From the NCBI RefSeq assembly GCF_003918875.1, contig NW_025767409.1, forward strand, positions 1 to 64,000: a stretch of 64,000 nucleotides of DNA, given 5' to 3'. The notes beneath the pieces are model-generated. The model searched no databases. It was given only the letters and a program-made list of their open reading frames with translations, and was not told the DNA's origin. Position 1 is the first letter of the stretch. The number at the start of each line of letters is the position of its first letter. The translations under genes and the position numbers were made by a program. This stretch comes from Haliotis rubra (taxonomy: Eukaryota). This document shows positions 50,401 through 64,000 of this stretch, in pieces.

Positions 50401-53400
50401 AAAACATTAATCACTGAATCCCAAAATTCCATCATGGGTTCAAAACAGTTCATTGCACCAATTATGCCATTAACATTATTGAAAAATCTTCCATTAAATT
50501 CTCAGATCAAGTCCCCATCTGTTACTTCCGGCAATAAAACTCTCAACTGGACGTACTTAATCCCCGTACTGGTAAAAGTAGTATTATGCAATATACAACG
50601 CCATGACAATCTTCAAACAATCTCATAGACATAGAAACATCATTTATACAATGTACAAAAATAACAACTTGTAGCTGAATATAGATTTCAGCCTGTTGAA
50701 TGATGTAGTTAGTCAAGACTACCCCTTACAGTGCCATGCATATACCTCCAACTTGCATAAAACAAGGGGAAAACTTGAACATGAAAAGATCATGTGCAGT
50801 ACATTTGCCTCCAGAAATGTGTTTAAGCCCATGACATTTCTTGAGCAGTCCACGTGAAGCCCATTTCTAGTGTTCCCAATCATGTTTCTGCTGTAATATT
50901 GCTGAAAGCAGCATAAAACCATACTCACTCACATAATCTGGAACAGTTTCCTACTGTTTAGCAAGCACATACATTATACAAGGTTGAATGAACGTGGTTC
51001 TTTGCACTGTGAGGCATCCTATTCAGAGCTGACATTTACTTGAGGTCGTGTAAAACTTATGAGCAATCCCCATTGGTAGAATGAATCTATTTACTCGAGG
51101 TAATGGCGATATTATGATGATGATGATCATAAACTACATGACGGTGAAGATCTCTTCATAGATTTTAAGCATTTATGAAATATAATCCGAAAAAATGCCC
51201 TTGTAAAATGAATGGAATTTTGTGAGCAATCCATAGTTATCATTGTACAGTGATTCCCTTTTATATAATGGTTTTAGATCGTGAATGGATAAGCATGTCT
51301 GAATGTTGTCCTGCATGTAAGACAAAACAGAATGTTTTGCGAAGAGAACCAAGTGAACATTACGAAAGTTGATACTATGCCAGCAAGCAAACACCACTCA
51401 CCACCTTTTCATAATTTGCTATGTCACCAGTCATTATTTCTCAAAATATACAACCTTTTTCACATATACGAATGGCATGTTTTCTTCCAAACTAAAACAG
51501 AATTAGATATATCTTTCCAAAAATAATAAATATAAATTATATAAGACCAGAGTACTCTTTCCAGTTGTTTGTGCCAAAATAGGCATTAACGTTCTGCAAA
51601 ACAGTTCCCTGCAAATTGTATTAAAGTTTGCGTGTAATGCTCCTTTGATTCTTTAAATATGATCTATTTTCCCTTTTATTCTCCAATATTATTATCATCC
51701 TATTTTCCCTTTTATTCTCCAATATTATTATCATCCTATCAGATTACTATTGTTAACAGTTTCAAATGTTGCACCCATCATACATATACAGCTAGTTTCA
51801 GTTCATTTTACTACCCATAAATGTTTTTTCTGAGCAGATGAAGAAAATCAAAGATGGCCACATGGAAGCCATACTGAACCTTTTATTCTGATGAACAACC
51901 CTAAATCCTGGACCGATATGGTCAGGAATAGCGTAAGGCGGTTGCAGATCAAATCATTGGGCACATTCAAGGTAGGGGCCAAAATACACCCAGACTACTT
52001 TCCCATCCATCCATGAATATGGTTGGTCCCATTTATGTTTGTGACAAAACCCTTTTATGTTTGTGACAAAACCCTTGACAAAACCCTTTTATGTTTGTGA
52101 CAAAACCCTTTCCAGGGGCCATTGTATGATAACTATTATATCATAAACATTTTCTATGAATCAATGTGGTGATGGTGCCAGGCATTCACAACAAATGCTA
52201 TCAAACCCTGACTGGTGGCACCATCATAAACACATGCAAAAACAAGGGAATGTTCCCTACCAAACATGTCAAAGCTGGGAAACACGGGAAAGTAGGGAAT
52301 TATATCAGACAGCATTGAGGTGCACATTCGAGTTTAATAAGTACAGATTGGCCAGTAACTTGCTCTATTTCAGCCATCATATTCTCTGACTGAGCAAGTC
52401 ATCATAACAGTATTATATAAATGTTAAGGAGTGGTTCCCATATCAAAGGCAAAATGAGACGAAAGTGACACAATCTTGTGTAACTGAACCAAGGGCATAA
52501 AGAAGTCTCAAAAACTTTTAAGTAAAGAAAACAAATTAAAATCAATTTTGTAAGATCATAAAAGTTAATCATTTCCAGATGAAGAGCCAGAAGACTGTAC
52601 CATACTTAGGATATGGTCCCTCTTAGTGTTACCATGTTACCATTTGAACACTTATACTTGCCTGTCTCAAACATGGCCTACAAGTTGGTAAATATACATT
52701 CAAAATATTTTGATTGGTCAGTTAGATATTTCCAATCACAATCACCACCAAAGAATAGGTTCTCCTCTGGTCAACATCACACAGTGCACTTATCGAGTAT
52801 CTCTACCCATACCTGAGCTTAGTTACATGCAAGGAAATCTCATCAGTTTGAATAGCACTCTCATACATGTTCTTATCCTCAAACCTGGAAATCTGTACAT
52901 AGCACTCTTTTGGAGTTTACTACAGGTCAGCAAGAATGTGCTCTGACAATTGTACAAGCCTACACAGTTGACATGTTGCAATCATTCCACATGAAAGATC
53001 CATATACATGGATTATTGTGACAAAGAAAGTCAATCATAATGCTGACATTAATCTCTAGCAAGTTCAAAACAAATTATACAGAGCATAATCTTAAAAAAC
53101 CTCCCTCAGAACTGAATTATCATTTCATCTGAGCAGGACTTGTATGCTTAGTATAAAAATCTTACATTGAACAGACTTAGTAAAATCCTAGTAATGGTGA
53201 CAATAGTTTATACATCTGTTGAATTTGAAATGTAGATTTCAAAGTCTGCTACATCATCAGTATGAATCATGTACCGGTAGGTCATGAAAATTTCCAGCCG
53301 CTGGGCTTTGAGCTGATTGTTCAAGAAATTGTCTCACATCAACCAACATCCAGTTATCTTCTGTAAGCCACATGCATAAGCTACACACAAACCTTAAACA

Positions 53401-54506
53401 TCCAGAGATTCTGCTTAAATACAAGTGTTTAGATACATAGTACAACATTCCTCCAATTTAACAAGACAAATAATTCCATCATTGTAGCCGTCTTATATTC
53501 TCTACAAAACCTTGTAAGTTTGTATTTTGCATATTGTAACATACCATCCAAATACAGTGTGTTTCCGAGAAGGTATCGTTTGCTCCACAGGCAAGCACAT
53601 TTCAAGCACAGAAACAGTTGTCCTGACAACTTATTTTGTTCAGCATGAATAAATGTGCTGCAGGTGGTCAGATTTTCTTATTTTTGAGAAACACGCTTAA
53701 ACTTTTTCCTGATGTTTTGAGAATAACAATAGTTTTCAGTCTTATATTATTCTCATTACTAGTTATTGTTGGCTATTTTTAATAATTTTAAGATTAAAGG
53801 ACAGGAAGGTTTTGAGTTTTAGGTGATATTTGGGGGTACATGGAGCACTGCAAAAACCCACGGCCAGAAACACAGAGCTACTTTACAGCTGCCTTCTTCA
53901 GGGCTGGGAGCAACGACATCAACAAGCAGCAGCATCATCGTTGTCACTCACTCCACTAAACTAGCAACACACACGGAAATAATTCAACAAGCAACATTGG
54001 TATTAGCTCGTAGGATGTGCTGACCTTGCACAACAAACAACATAACATGGTAGCCATCATTATTGTCAGGTTCCACTTCTAGTTTAAAAACACAAACAGG
54101 AACAGACTTCACACTTGGTTAATATATGCCATCGTGTATACTAGATTCACAATAAAGTCAGTCTACTATTTCATAGTTAAAAACTGAATTTCTTTTAAAC
54201 AACAAGCAGGCCCCAATATGGCACTGTCGTATCTTGTAGTCCGTAACTGCCTGGCAGTTTAGAAGATACATGTTTGACGTCTATTATGAATATCATCCTG
54301 TGAATATTCAACTGGTGGAGACTATGAACCTGTTATTGCACACTTGCATTATGGTTGTTATACACTGGCATGTTCATGTGCCACACAGTTACCTCATAAT
54401 CCAGCTGCATGAATACTTATATAACCATTGCACAATAGTATTATTTCACCACAACTTGATCTGTTAAAGCCAATACTGTCTGCAATCAGCTCATCACAAC
54501 ACACAG

Positions 54507-57500
54507 CTAGACAAGACTGGCTTGAGCAATGTCAAATCCAGCTAACACAGCCCCGTGTTCAGGGAAAACCTGATTCCGAGAGGTCCTCCCTTGCCCATGG
54601 ACATTAATGTATTCTGGTGGACACCCATAGATGTCCTTGTGAGCGGGAATGTTCCCCGAATAGTTCCTCTCCGTGTTGTTGTTTGCCCAGAAGGTGTAGT
54701 TGGGCGGGGGACTGTTGAAACCGGATTCATTGACACGGGAGTATGTTGGCACTGACTTCTCATTTCGGAATGCTGAGGAGCGGCTATTGTTCAAACACTC
54801 CACACAGTAATACCCGGACTCTGAGTTGGAAGAAGAGTCTGATAAGTGCCTCTCATACGTGGGGCTGGAGTATAGATCTTTGTCTGAATGGCTGGGATCC
54901 ACCTTACACTTCCTTCCATTCTGAGATGCCGTCTCCTGCAATCTGAGTGAGACTTCTTTTGTGGACTGATATGGAGGGGGCTTGTCCGTGTTCCTTAAAA
55001 CTGACACAACCCCATAATTTGGAAGGGGGTTGCCATACATTGGAGGGGGTGTACGATTGGGTGGTATGTTCATGTTGTTATCTTTAGTGAAGGGAGGTGG
55101 AGGAGAATCACCATACGGTGGTGAGGGAATAAGGTAATTGCCATTCATCATTGTGTAATTAACTGTAGGAGTTGTGGGGCTGGAAGAGCTGCTAGGAATG
55201 CTGGGAGTTTGAGACTGAGGTGAAGGTCGTATAGGGACTGGCTGGAGGATGCCGAACTCTGGTGCACAGTTAATGAGTTCCAGGTACTTTGGCATGTCTT
55301 TGGAACGGGGTTGGAGGTAGCCCAAAGCATCGATCTCGGAAGCTCGTTGCCGCTGGATCTGAGAGTAAGACACACGTGGGTCATCGACAGAGGAACATTT
55401 GGAATCAAGGGATGATGTGCGCTTCATAGGGTTGGCTGTCGACAGGTCTACAGTCAACTGAAACATTAAGACATACAGTTAGAGAAACTATTGAATAAAA
55501 AGCAACATTTTATTCATTGAATGAAAAACCACACATACAGTGTCCTCATATGGTCTAGGACAGACAGATGAGAGGTCGACATCATCAGCACCATCCCATG
55601 TTGTCTGGGAAGAATAAACCAGACCATACACTGTAACCACAGATCATTATTACTCATCTCCAAACTGGAAGCAGTTCCATCCCAGAAATGCAACTGGGCA
55701 TTGAATGAGATAACATCTTTTACTGGAAATCACATAGACATGGAAGTGGACAAATAGTTCTGAAGACACCAAAGTCTTGTTACCTTGTCTGTAGCCTCAG
55801 CTCCACCTAATAAGGTCATGCGCTTGTTTCTCCTGCTTGTTGGACTCAGAGGCAGGGACCCACCCCCTGGAACAAACAAACCAAACATCCATCAGAACCA
55901 TGCTTCAGTCATACTCACACATCAGTTTACTGTAGTACTTAACCAGGTTGTGGTCTCAGCTGCCCAGAAGAGGATTCCTCAGGTTAAGGTGTGCATTGGA
56001 GGAACATGCTGTTATTCACTGACTTCCATAACTGCATGTTCGATGATAACTATACAGTGAAACCTTGTTGCAGTGGATCATGATGTTTGGAAAGCCTGCA
56101 GTCCAGGTGAATACTGTTGGGTATATCAATACATACAAACGGACATGTTTGGAAACCCTGCAGTCCAGGTGAATACTGTTGGCTGTATCAATACATACAA
56201 AGGGACATGATTTCAGAACATGGATAGAATAAACCAGACACAGGTGACTTCAAGTTTTCTTTGGTAGTTAGAAGGATGGAAGCCATGGAAGCATGGACCT
56301 ATTTATGGATAACCATTTCTTTACATTTTGTGCTTTCTTCTTGCCCCTTCTACCTGAAATGTAGTTGCAGAGAATAAAGAAGCTGTCATAGAAGAGTTTC
56401 ATGCCTTTAGGTGACTTCACTGGGATAGCTATGTATTGAAGTAGTTTCACTGGTTGATGTAAATGCCAAACCTGGCTACCATACTCTACTGCACACCTGA
56501 ATCTTTGGAATAAGAAATTAGAAGAATGAGAGATTCACTACAAGCTAACCACATATACTTGTATAGAGTAAAGAAAGAATACCAAGTATTATAAGGCATA
56601 GTGTACAATAGATACTACAAAGAATGCAGTCTGGAGGGGTATAACCTTGATTCTACATGCAGCATGCTGATTGGCTAAGCAGGACTGCTGTATACATAGT
56701 TATTCCCATGGAAAATGTTCTTGCCCCAGATATGTTCTATATGCATGATATAATCACATAAATATTAATCAATATTCTTGGTTATAGCTTAAACATTAGT
56801 TCAAGAAAATATGCTTCCATCACAAGATTACACATTAGTTAGAGCAGACATTCAACATTGGCAAGTTAGAGAGTCTAGGACTACACAATCATTCATGCTA
56901 TATCATCTAGAAATGAAAGCATTGTCAGTATATACAGAATTATATAGGCACATCGATATGGTATCTGCTTAAAAGAAAGTAATTGGTTGTTATATATGTG
57001 AATATATAGAAATTATACATCACTTTGAAGGAAAATGTTAGTATGTTATTTAACTTCAAGTGATTCATTGTTCAAAATAAGTACAGCATGAAGATACTGC
57101 TTGTAATTCCTGAATGACTAGAGACACCATAGTGTATCTTATGACATCTTTGTGAAGGTGGGGAGTAACCAAACATAATGACACAAGGAACTAGTGACAT
57201 TCGCAAAATAAATTATTCCCCATCTGAAGTCACATCGGGATGGTTCAAAAAACACGTGCTAGCAAGCCCTTGACAACATGACCAACAAAATACAAACTAC
57301 ACGACACCAGCATGTCACATGACATCAACTCAAGTCACATGACAACAAATGAATGACCACATGGCACACCAATGTACCTCTCCTCTTGATTTGTGATCTT
57401 TGATGGATGCACGTTGTGTCGTGATCCTCGACCTCTTCGGATTCCGTCGACGAGCAACTGGCCATTACCTCATCATCGAAGGCAAGATTAGCAAGTCCGT

Positions 57501-60500
57501 AATAAGAGATAGTTTGTGAGGGGGTAGGGGGCCGTGCACTTCGGGGGAAGAAGGACTGCAAACAACATGCAGGAGTGGTGAGAACTAGGGCCGCTGGCCA
57601 CACACGCAGATACAGCATGCACTAGAAAGGTTTTCATATCAGGACAGACAACATCGTTATTAGAAGATTCTCAAAGAATGTCATTTTTCAAATATACATT
57701 AAGACCAGATATGTGAATACTAATAATAGCACTCAGAATTTTTTGAAAATATAAAAATTATATGTCATATAATCTGAATAACCATTTATCTCTCTCAGGA
57801 ACTTTGTCGTTTTTTGTCCAAGAGTACCTGTCCATATTTCCCCTTAGTTGTATGTACCGACTAGCAAATGAGATAAACACTACCCTGATAATTAAATAGC
57901 ATAGAGATGGATATTTATTTGGTAAATACAGGTATAGGCAAAATACCCATGGAAAGACGGACACTTTCAATACCAGTTTGACTTCTCTTAGCAAAGTACT
58001 GATATTCCATTCATCTCTTAAAATAGACGAAAATTGAGCTGCTAACTTGCAGTCATCCCTCATCAGGAATACAAAGCATATTTCACTGGATTTAAAAGTT
58101 AAGCGTCCAAATAATTTCAGAAAATCAGTTCTCATATCCTATTGATATATTAGAAGAGCAAGAGGTATAACCAAGCACATTATTCAGAGAAAACATGCAC
58201 AAAGAAGCGAGTCCCTCATTTTAACGAACTCCAATATTGTTATGGATGATAAAATATATAAAGAAGTTAAAACTCATCCAAAAGCGATTGTTGCAAATTA
58301 AAATGAGGGATATATGCAAGCAAGCAAAATATCACAAGCATAAGAAAGAGAATGTATAAAGATTTGTGAAGTTCTATACAAAAAATTAGATCATGCTTAA
58401 ATACAAATAGTACTTGGTGTTAAGAAAAATAAAATAAATTGCAACACAACCATATTATCACTGTGTAGTATGTGGATTCATAAAACTAACATTTGTCAAA
58501 TGCATGCATAATTTGACATTGATATTTTTTTAAAATTAATTCATGATACTAATTCAATTGTTAGATACTTGTACATACTTTTTATGGTTTTGGTTACAAA
58601 GGGCATTGTATTCTCATAAACAATATTATTTAATTGTTTCCTCAACTGAAGGACACTGACTTTGTTTTTGTACCCTTCAAAAGGGGCACTATCTCCTAAA
58701 TGTGAACCAATAACACAAGTTAATGATTTTTAGAATTAGTAGGAAAGATCAATTTTGGAAGGTTTCTAATCAAAACATTTTTCGATGCTTCAAGTTATAA
58801 TGAAAAGTAATGTCAAAATAAAATAACATTATTTAATCCTAATATTAACATGAAATTTAACGATTTTCTTGCTTATAGCATTACAATTTTCCCCGATTCA
58901 CTAAGCATCTTTTTAACGAAAATCAAATCAGATTGGAACAGTCCTTTAATTAGATACCTTGAACATATTTAATTTTTATATTATTTACCATATTGTAATA
59001 ATATAGCATCTTTTTAACGAAAATCAAATCAGATTGGAACAGTCCTTTAATTAGATACCTTGAACATATTTAATTTTTATATTATTTACCATATTGTAAT
59101 AATATAGTCATATAGTCGAAGTTTAACGTAGTTAAAGTGAAGTGGAATGGTTGAAATTACATACACATCAATGCTTGAAAACTTGTTTATGCACAATCAG
59201 GGCTTAATGTGTAAACAAGTTATATACAATAACTGCTCAAAAGAAGTTAAGGATCATCCAGTTCTTTTATATCATAATAGTTAGTGTCAGATTCACTACC
59301 GTAATATGGCATGGTAGAATAACCATGGTAACATGAAACGATCAGGATATCCTTCACTTCTTTCAGTAGTATATATGTTGACTGCATGAAAAAGGAGTCC
59401 ATGTTTCAGTTGAACATGTAATTCCACTTATTTAAAAAATCTACCAATTTTTCACAATTTAACTACGATTCTGATAATATGTTAGCCAAAATTCTTTAAG
59501 ATGTAAAGATTGAGGAAATATTTTCAAATTTATCGGTTTCAGCATTATTAGTCTTGTACTCCTATTTGACTCAAGTTACAAAGAGAGGACAGCATTATCA
59601 AAATAAAGGTCTGTTGTTTCTGACATGATTACTAATACATGTAAGTGACAAAGCAAAATAACATATTAATGACAATAATCACAAACTGGGTTTAAATAAA
59701 AGTGTAAATATTTAAATAAAAACAGAAAACATTCAACACTTGATGGGTAGGGTGGGGTGAACTTAGGCAAGGGGATGTAAATAAATATCATAAATATGTA
59801 GGTATGTATCAAGGTTTATTGCTCAGTACATTACTGATCGGATTCTTTTAACATTTTGATATGTTTACTTATTCATTTCATATATTATGGAAAGAATTTA
59901 CTGCAAAATGTGCAGAATATTTACGTCCCAAGTCGTTATACTTGGCAAATATGTCTGACATCATATAATGTAGAACTGGAATACAGTCAATACGTAACTT
60001 TGCCTTTTAATCTTACTTTGGCCAGACCAATTACACTTCTGTTTTCACAGCTACTATGAAGAATGATTATTTACAAAACACAAGTTAAAAGAAACATACA
60101 TTAAGCATTTTGAAAATGCTGATCACAGTGCCAATTGTTTAAAAACTGACCTGAAAATAAAAACTAAAACCAGTTTTTACAAATGTTTTAATTATGTACT
60201 TATTTCCTGAATTATTATTTACTTCTTTGATCTTCAAGGCAGATTATCTGTAAAATGAGTATTGGTCTGGCCATATTGGATCACGTGTAAGGAATCTGTA
60301 TAGATGCCTACCATCAAGGTGCGTGGGTGAGCGGAGAGCAATCTCCTCATCCGACATGTTGTTACACTGTTCCTGGAACTCCTCCAGTCCCCGCAGGATG
60401 TACGAGAATGATGGACGGTCTTCTGCAGAGAAACTCCAACACTTCTGCATCAACCCGAACCTGGTCAAATGGATCAAGGACTCATTTCAAAACAGTATGA

Positions 60501-63413
60501 AAAGTAATATTCTGAAATTTGCAGTCATGATATAGATTAAAGGTAAAGATTATAAGAATGTAATTGTAAATTTACCTGTGAAAATTCTCAACATTATTTT
60601 ATGGAATATTCTTTGTTAGCATATTAGCAGAATTTGTAACATTAAAGCACCAACAAACCTAGACGTACTATTAAATGGCAGTGCAGATCTTCCGTATAGT
60701 GACAATATTCACATTTTTAAAGAAGTTCAAAAATATATATCAAATTCCAAAAGGTTCAGTGATTGGATATAATGTGTATGATCTAAATAATTCATGTATT
60801 CATTGTATTGTATATATCATTTTGTATATATCTTTCTATCCCTGTACATATAGTTTGTTTCACTTTTGCATGTAAGCACTGTAAATAGGAGAGGGTTTCA
60901 CTAAGTTGGCATAACTTGTACCCAATCCATTCTCTTGAATATGTTTAAATCAAATAAGATTGACAGACTTTATGGATAACAACTTCTTTATTTCATGAAT
61001 GTTACATTTCGATACAGATTCTTGTACCTTTGTCAAGCAGGAATGTCACAAGAATCTGTATCAAAATGTCACACTCAAAGAAGTTGTAATCCATAAAGTT
61101 TGACAATATTGTATTTTCCAACTTCTAAAATGCCACTCAAAGACAGATTATAATGATTTGTCTCACCCACATAATACCAGCAACATAAGTAAAGTCCCTC
61201 AAGTCCCTCTGTTTTATACTTTGAGAAAAGGTAAGAAATGCTACACAGAAAAAAGATTAATGGCACTTACAAAGCTTTCCTGCAAGTATGTATGATTCAT
61301 TGGAGAAATCTGGTGAGCTGTGAAATATTTTCGACAGCCTTTCATACTCACATTTCGTCAGCACATTTTTCTGGGCGTTCCAGCTTGCCACCCGCCCTGA
61401 CGAAGTGAAGCACCTCAATGTTGGTGCGTGCAGGGTAGGGTTGTTGCCCTAGTGTCACCACCTCCCACATCAATACACCGAATGCCCTGAAGGAACAACA
61501 CACACTTTTCATATATCCAGCAACCCAGACATATATACTGTAGCATGAACACTGTATGGTGGAAACATTGTTTACTTTAAGTTTACTTTAAGATGGAGAT
61601 ATGAGGCTCTGTAGCTCACCTTGACACATGTGGATTTGCAACATCATCAGGAAAGACAAAATTGACACAACTTCTTAATGTACTGTTACAGAGATGTTTC
61701 ATTTCAGATCCCTACTCCAATGTCAGGCCATTATACCATTATTTTGCATGACAATGACGTAAGGAATTATACATAAAGATCACTATAACAGCATAAAAAG
61801 GTAGTTATCAATACACTGTGTTTACTCTGTCATCCATCAACTTTCAGAAATACCTATCAAACAATTTATGATCAGCAATACATAAAGATCATATTTCATA
61901 TAATTAGAATTAAAATAAATCAATATTTTCAAATTTCAATTAGACTTAGAAATAGTAAAACTTCATCACCCGAATAATCACAACCCTACCCCAGAAGAAC
62001 ATCTTAAGAATAGCATTGTCATGCTGTGATCAAAAGTCCTGTAGATAATACTAACCATATATCAGATGGAGTGGTGAACACGCCATCAACCAGGGACTCT
62101 GGGGACATCCAGCGGACAGGAAGTAGACCCTCCCCTTCCTTACGATAGTAGTCATTCTTGTATATGTCTCGAGCAAGACCAAAGTCACCAATCTTAATGA
62201 CCATTTCTGAAGGGTCCTTTTTAGAAACTAGACAATTCCTGGCTGCTAAATCTCTGTGGAAGACAAATGTACATGTAAATACATTGTAAAGGAAACTGAA
62301 ACCTACAGATATTCACAGTGAAACCTCGTCAATGCAGGAGGGACTATCCAATGTGGATTCATCCAGTGCCTACCCACTATTTGCGGTATGGACTTAACAA
62401 TTAGATAATGAAACCAAAGATGTTCTTGAATGAACTAGTTGCATGAACATAAATACCACCAATGTCATGGTGAACATTTGACCATCAACTCTGAACAGAC
62501 ATGTAATCTAGTTAATTCCTTGTTACTAAATTATGATTGAATTTGATAACTTTCAAATGAAAACAGAAATACAATCTCAGCCTTACCTGTGAACAAAATG
62601 CATTTCTTCCAGGTATTTACAACCTCGGGCTACATGGACACACACCTTGACCAGGTCTGGCAGGAGCAGCTTAGCCGGAGATGCCTGTGGGGAGGAGACA
62701 ATGTAAATCCATACATTGAATGAGTTGTTACTGAGTCGAGGATGTGACACATTGTGTACACGCCACAGTAACTGATGTTTCATATACTGTATACTTCCAT
62801 TAACTTCAAAATGTGAACACAGAATATATTCATCCAGCTTCATTAAACCACATGTCGGAGACCTATCATGAGGTCACACATAACCTGAGGTAACTCCTGA
62901 CACAACAAACCAGTGCCTAGATTTTCGAAGCTCTCTTAGCGCTAAGATAGTTGTAAGTTAAGTTAATGAATGGCACTTACGACTATCTTAGCGCTAAGAG
63001 AGCTTCGAAAATCTAGGCCCTGTTCTGATGAAACCATTGCTATCACAGAATGTCCATATGCTACATAAGTCAATAGTACTCATTCTATACTGGGACGGTG
63101 TTCAGCGTTATCTTACATTTTATTGCGCATCACAGTTTTACTTAACACCTCAGTTATTGAGACATATTTGTTCCACATGTTCCCTGACTTTCAGTATATA
63201 TCCCCCTGCTATACTCACAGTTGTAGCACGGCAGCCTCTGAGGAAGGACAGCAAGTCCCCTCCTTCCATCAACTCCATGATGATGAACTGAGGGTCGTTG
63301 TCCAGACACACGCCCAGAAGACTGAGGATGTGGGCGTGGCGGAAATTACTCATCAATAGTGCCTCCTTCAAGAACTCCTCCTTCTCATGCTCTGATGCCG
63401 ACTTGCGCAGAGT
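54507..63413 (-). CDS. ROS1: ROS1/sevenless-type receptor tyrosine kinase, 3' part (exons 63219-63413, 62587-62684, 62056-62253, 61352-61486, 60312-60460, 55784-55866, 54507-55457; possible extra exon near 57378-57555); continues beyond the window
   Basis: Phase-compatible GT-AG exons give [91 protein letters not shown] (ROS1/sev signature), [16 protein letters not shown] and [12 protein letters not shown]. Confidence 0.93.
58904..59107. repeat. Perfect 101-bp tandem duplication in an intron
   Basis: AGCATCTTTTTAACGAAAATC...TATTGTAATAATAT occurs twice. Confidence 0.95.
59231..59372. mobile_element. Short Tc1-type MITE
   Basis: ACTGCTCAAAAGAAGTTAAGGAT / ATCCTTCACTTCTTTCAGTAGT in a TA context. 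Confidence 0.6.
62911..63022. mobile_element. Palindromic MITE in a kinase intron
   Basis: Arms GCCTAGATTTTCGAAGCTCTCTTAGCGCTAAGATAGT(T/C)GTAAGT form a near-perfect inverted repeat. Confidence 0.85.
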
Positions 63414-63511
63414 CTGCAATGGTGGAATGAGACAGTGAAGCAATATTACAGAGAAGATATTCCATAAGTTCTAAAACTATTCCAATACATTTACATCTAT
63501 TCATCCTTACT

Positions 63512-63668
63512 GGGGGTGGTGGGGTAACCCTGTGGTTTAAGCATTCCCTCAAAGGGCCAGGTTCAATTCCCCACCTGGGTATAATGTGTGAAGCCCATTT
63601 CTGGTGTCCCCCGCCGTGATGTTGCTGGAATATTGCTAAAAGCGGCGTTAAATTCAACTCACTCGCTC
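63512..63668 (+). mobile_element. tRNA-derived SINE (family 1)
   Basis: Consensus match. Confidence 0.85.
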
Positions 63669-64000
63669 AGATGAAGAAATATATTTCATTTGAGAACTGT
63701 CATAAAATATTCGAAAGCTGTGTATATACTTGGCCAGAAACTTCAAGACACAAAATTTCCTCACCTGTTTCCACATTTGGTCAATCTGAGTAAAACCAGA
63801 ACTTGGATCAAAAATTTACTTTTGTCTCTCAAGAATATTATGTTCATCCTTGGATACCAGAAATGATAAAGTTCTACATTGATGAAGTCATATTAGAAGC
63901 ATGAGATCTCCTTATCCAAAAGAAAGTCAGTATTATTTTTCAAGGTTGCCTGAAACCCACCTTTACTGCAACTTTAGTATCACCAGAGGAGTCACTGAGA

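Noticed and set aside
51664-56208. Small local duplications (51664-51739, 52033-52110, 56085-56208)
   Set aside because: Ordinary slippage duplications with no sign of function.

Overview
AT-rich, intron-containing animal genomic DNA, most likely a mollusc; the SINE repertoire, including Meta-domain SINEs, looks gastropod/abalone-like, which is inference. The left ~31 kb is transposon-dense and holds two tandem, frameshifted 5-exon glycine N-acyltransferase-like (GNAT) genes (4.3-13.3 kb and 19.7-26.4 kb). These are interleaved with an I-group/Nimb-type LINE, an R4/Dong-type RLE LINE, RTE-X fragments, Tc1/mariner elements, MITEs and a 44-bp minisatellite. The middle holds a 2.5-kb 29-bp minisatellite and an intact 5-exon gene for a secreted MOLO-1/TPM-domain protein (37.6-40.1 kb, +). 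The right holds the 3' half of a ROS1/sevenless-type receptor tyrosine kinase gene (-) with a long PY-motif-rich tail. The two best leads are RNA structures at retroelement 5' ends. One is a complete minimal HDV-like ribozyme fold at the 5' terminus of the Nimb-type LINE (3399-3456, -). The other is a SINE family lacking a tRNA head, whose copies start exactly at a pseudoknotted ~70-nt structure ending in an HDV-like CUAA junction (best copy 45558-45627, -).
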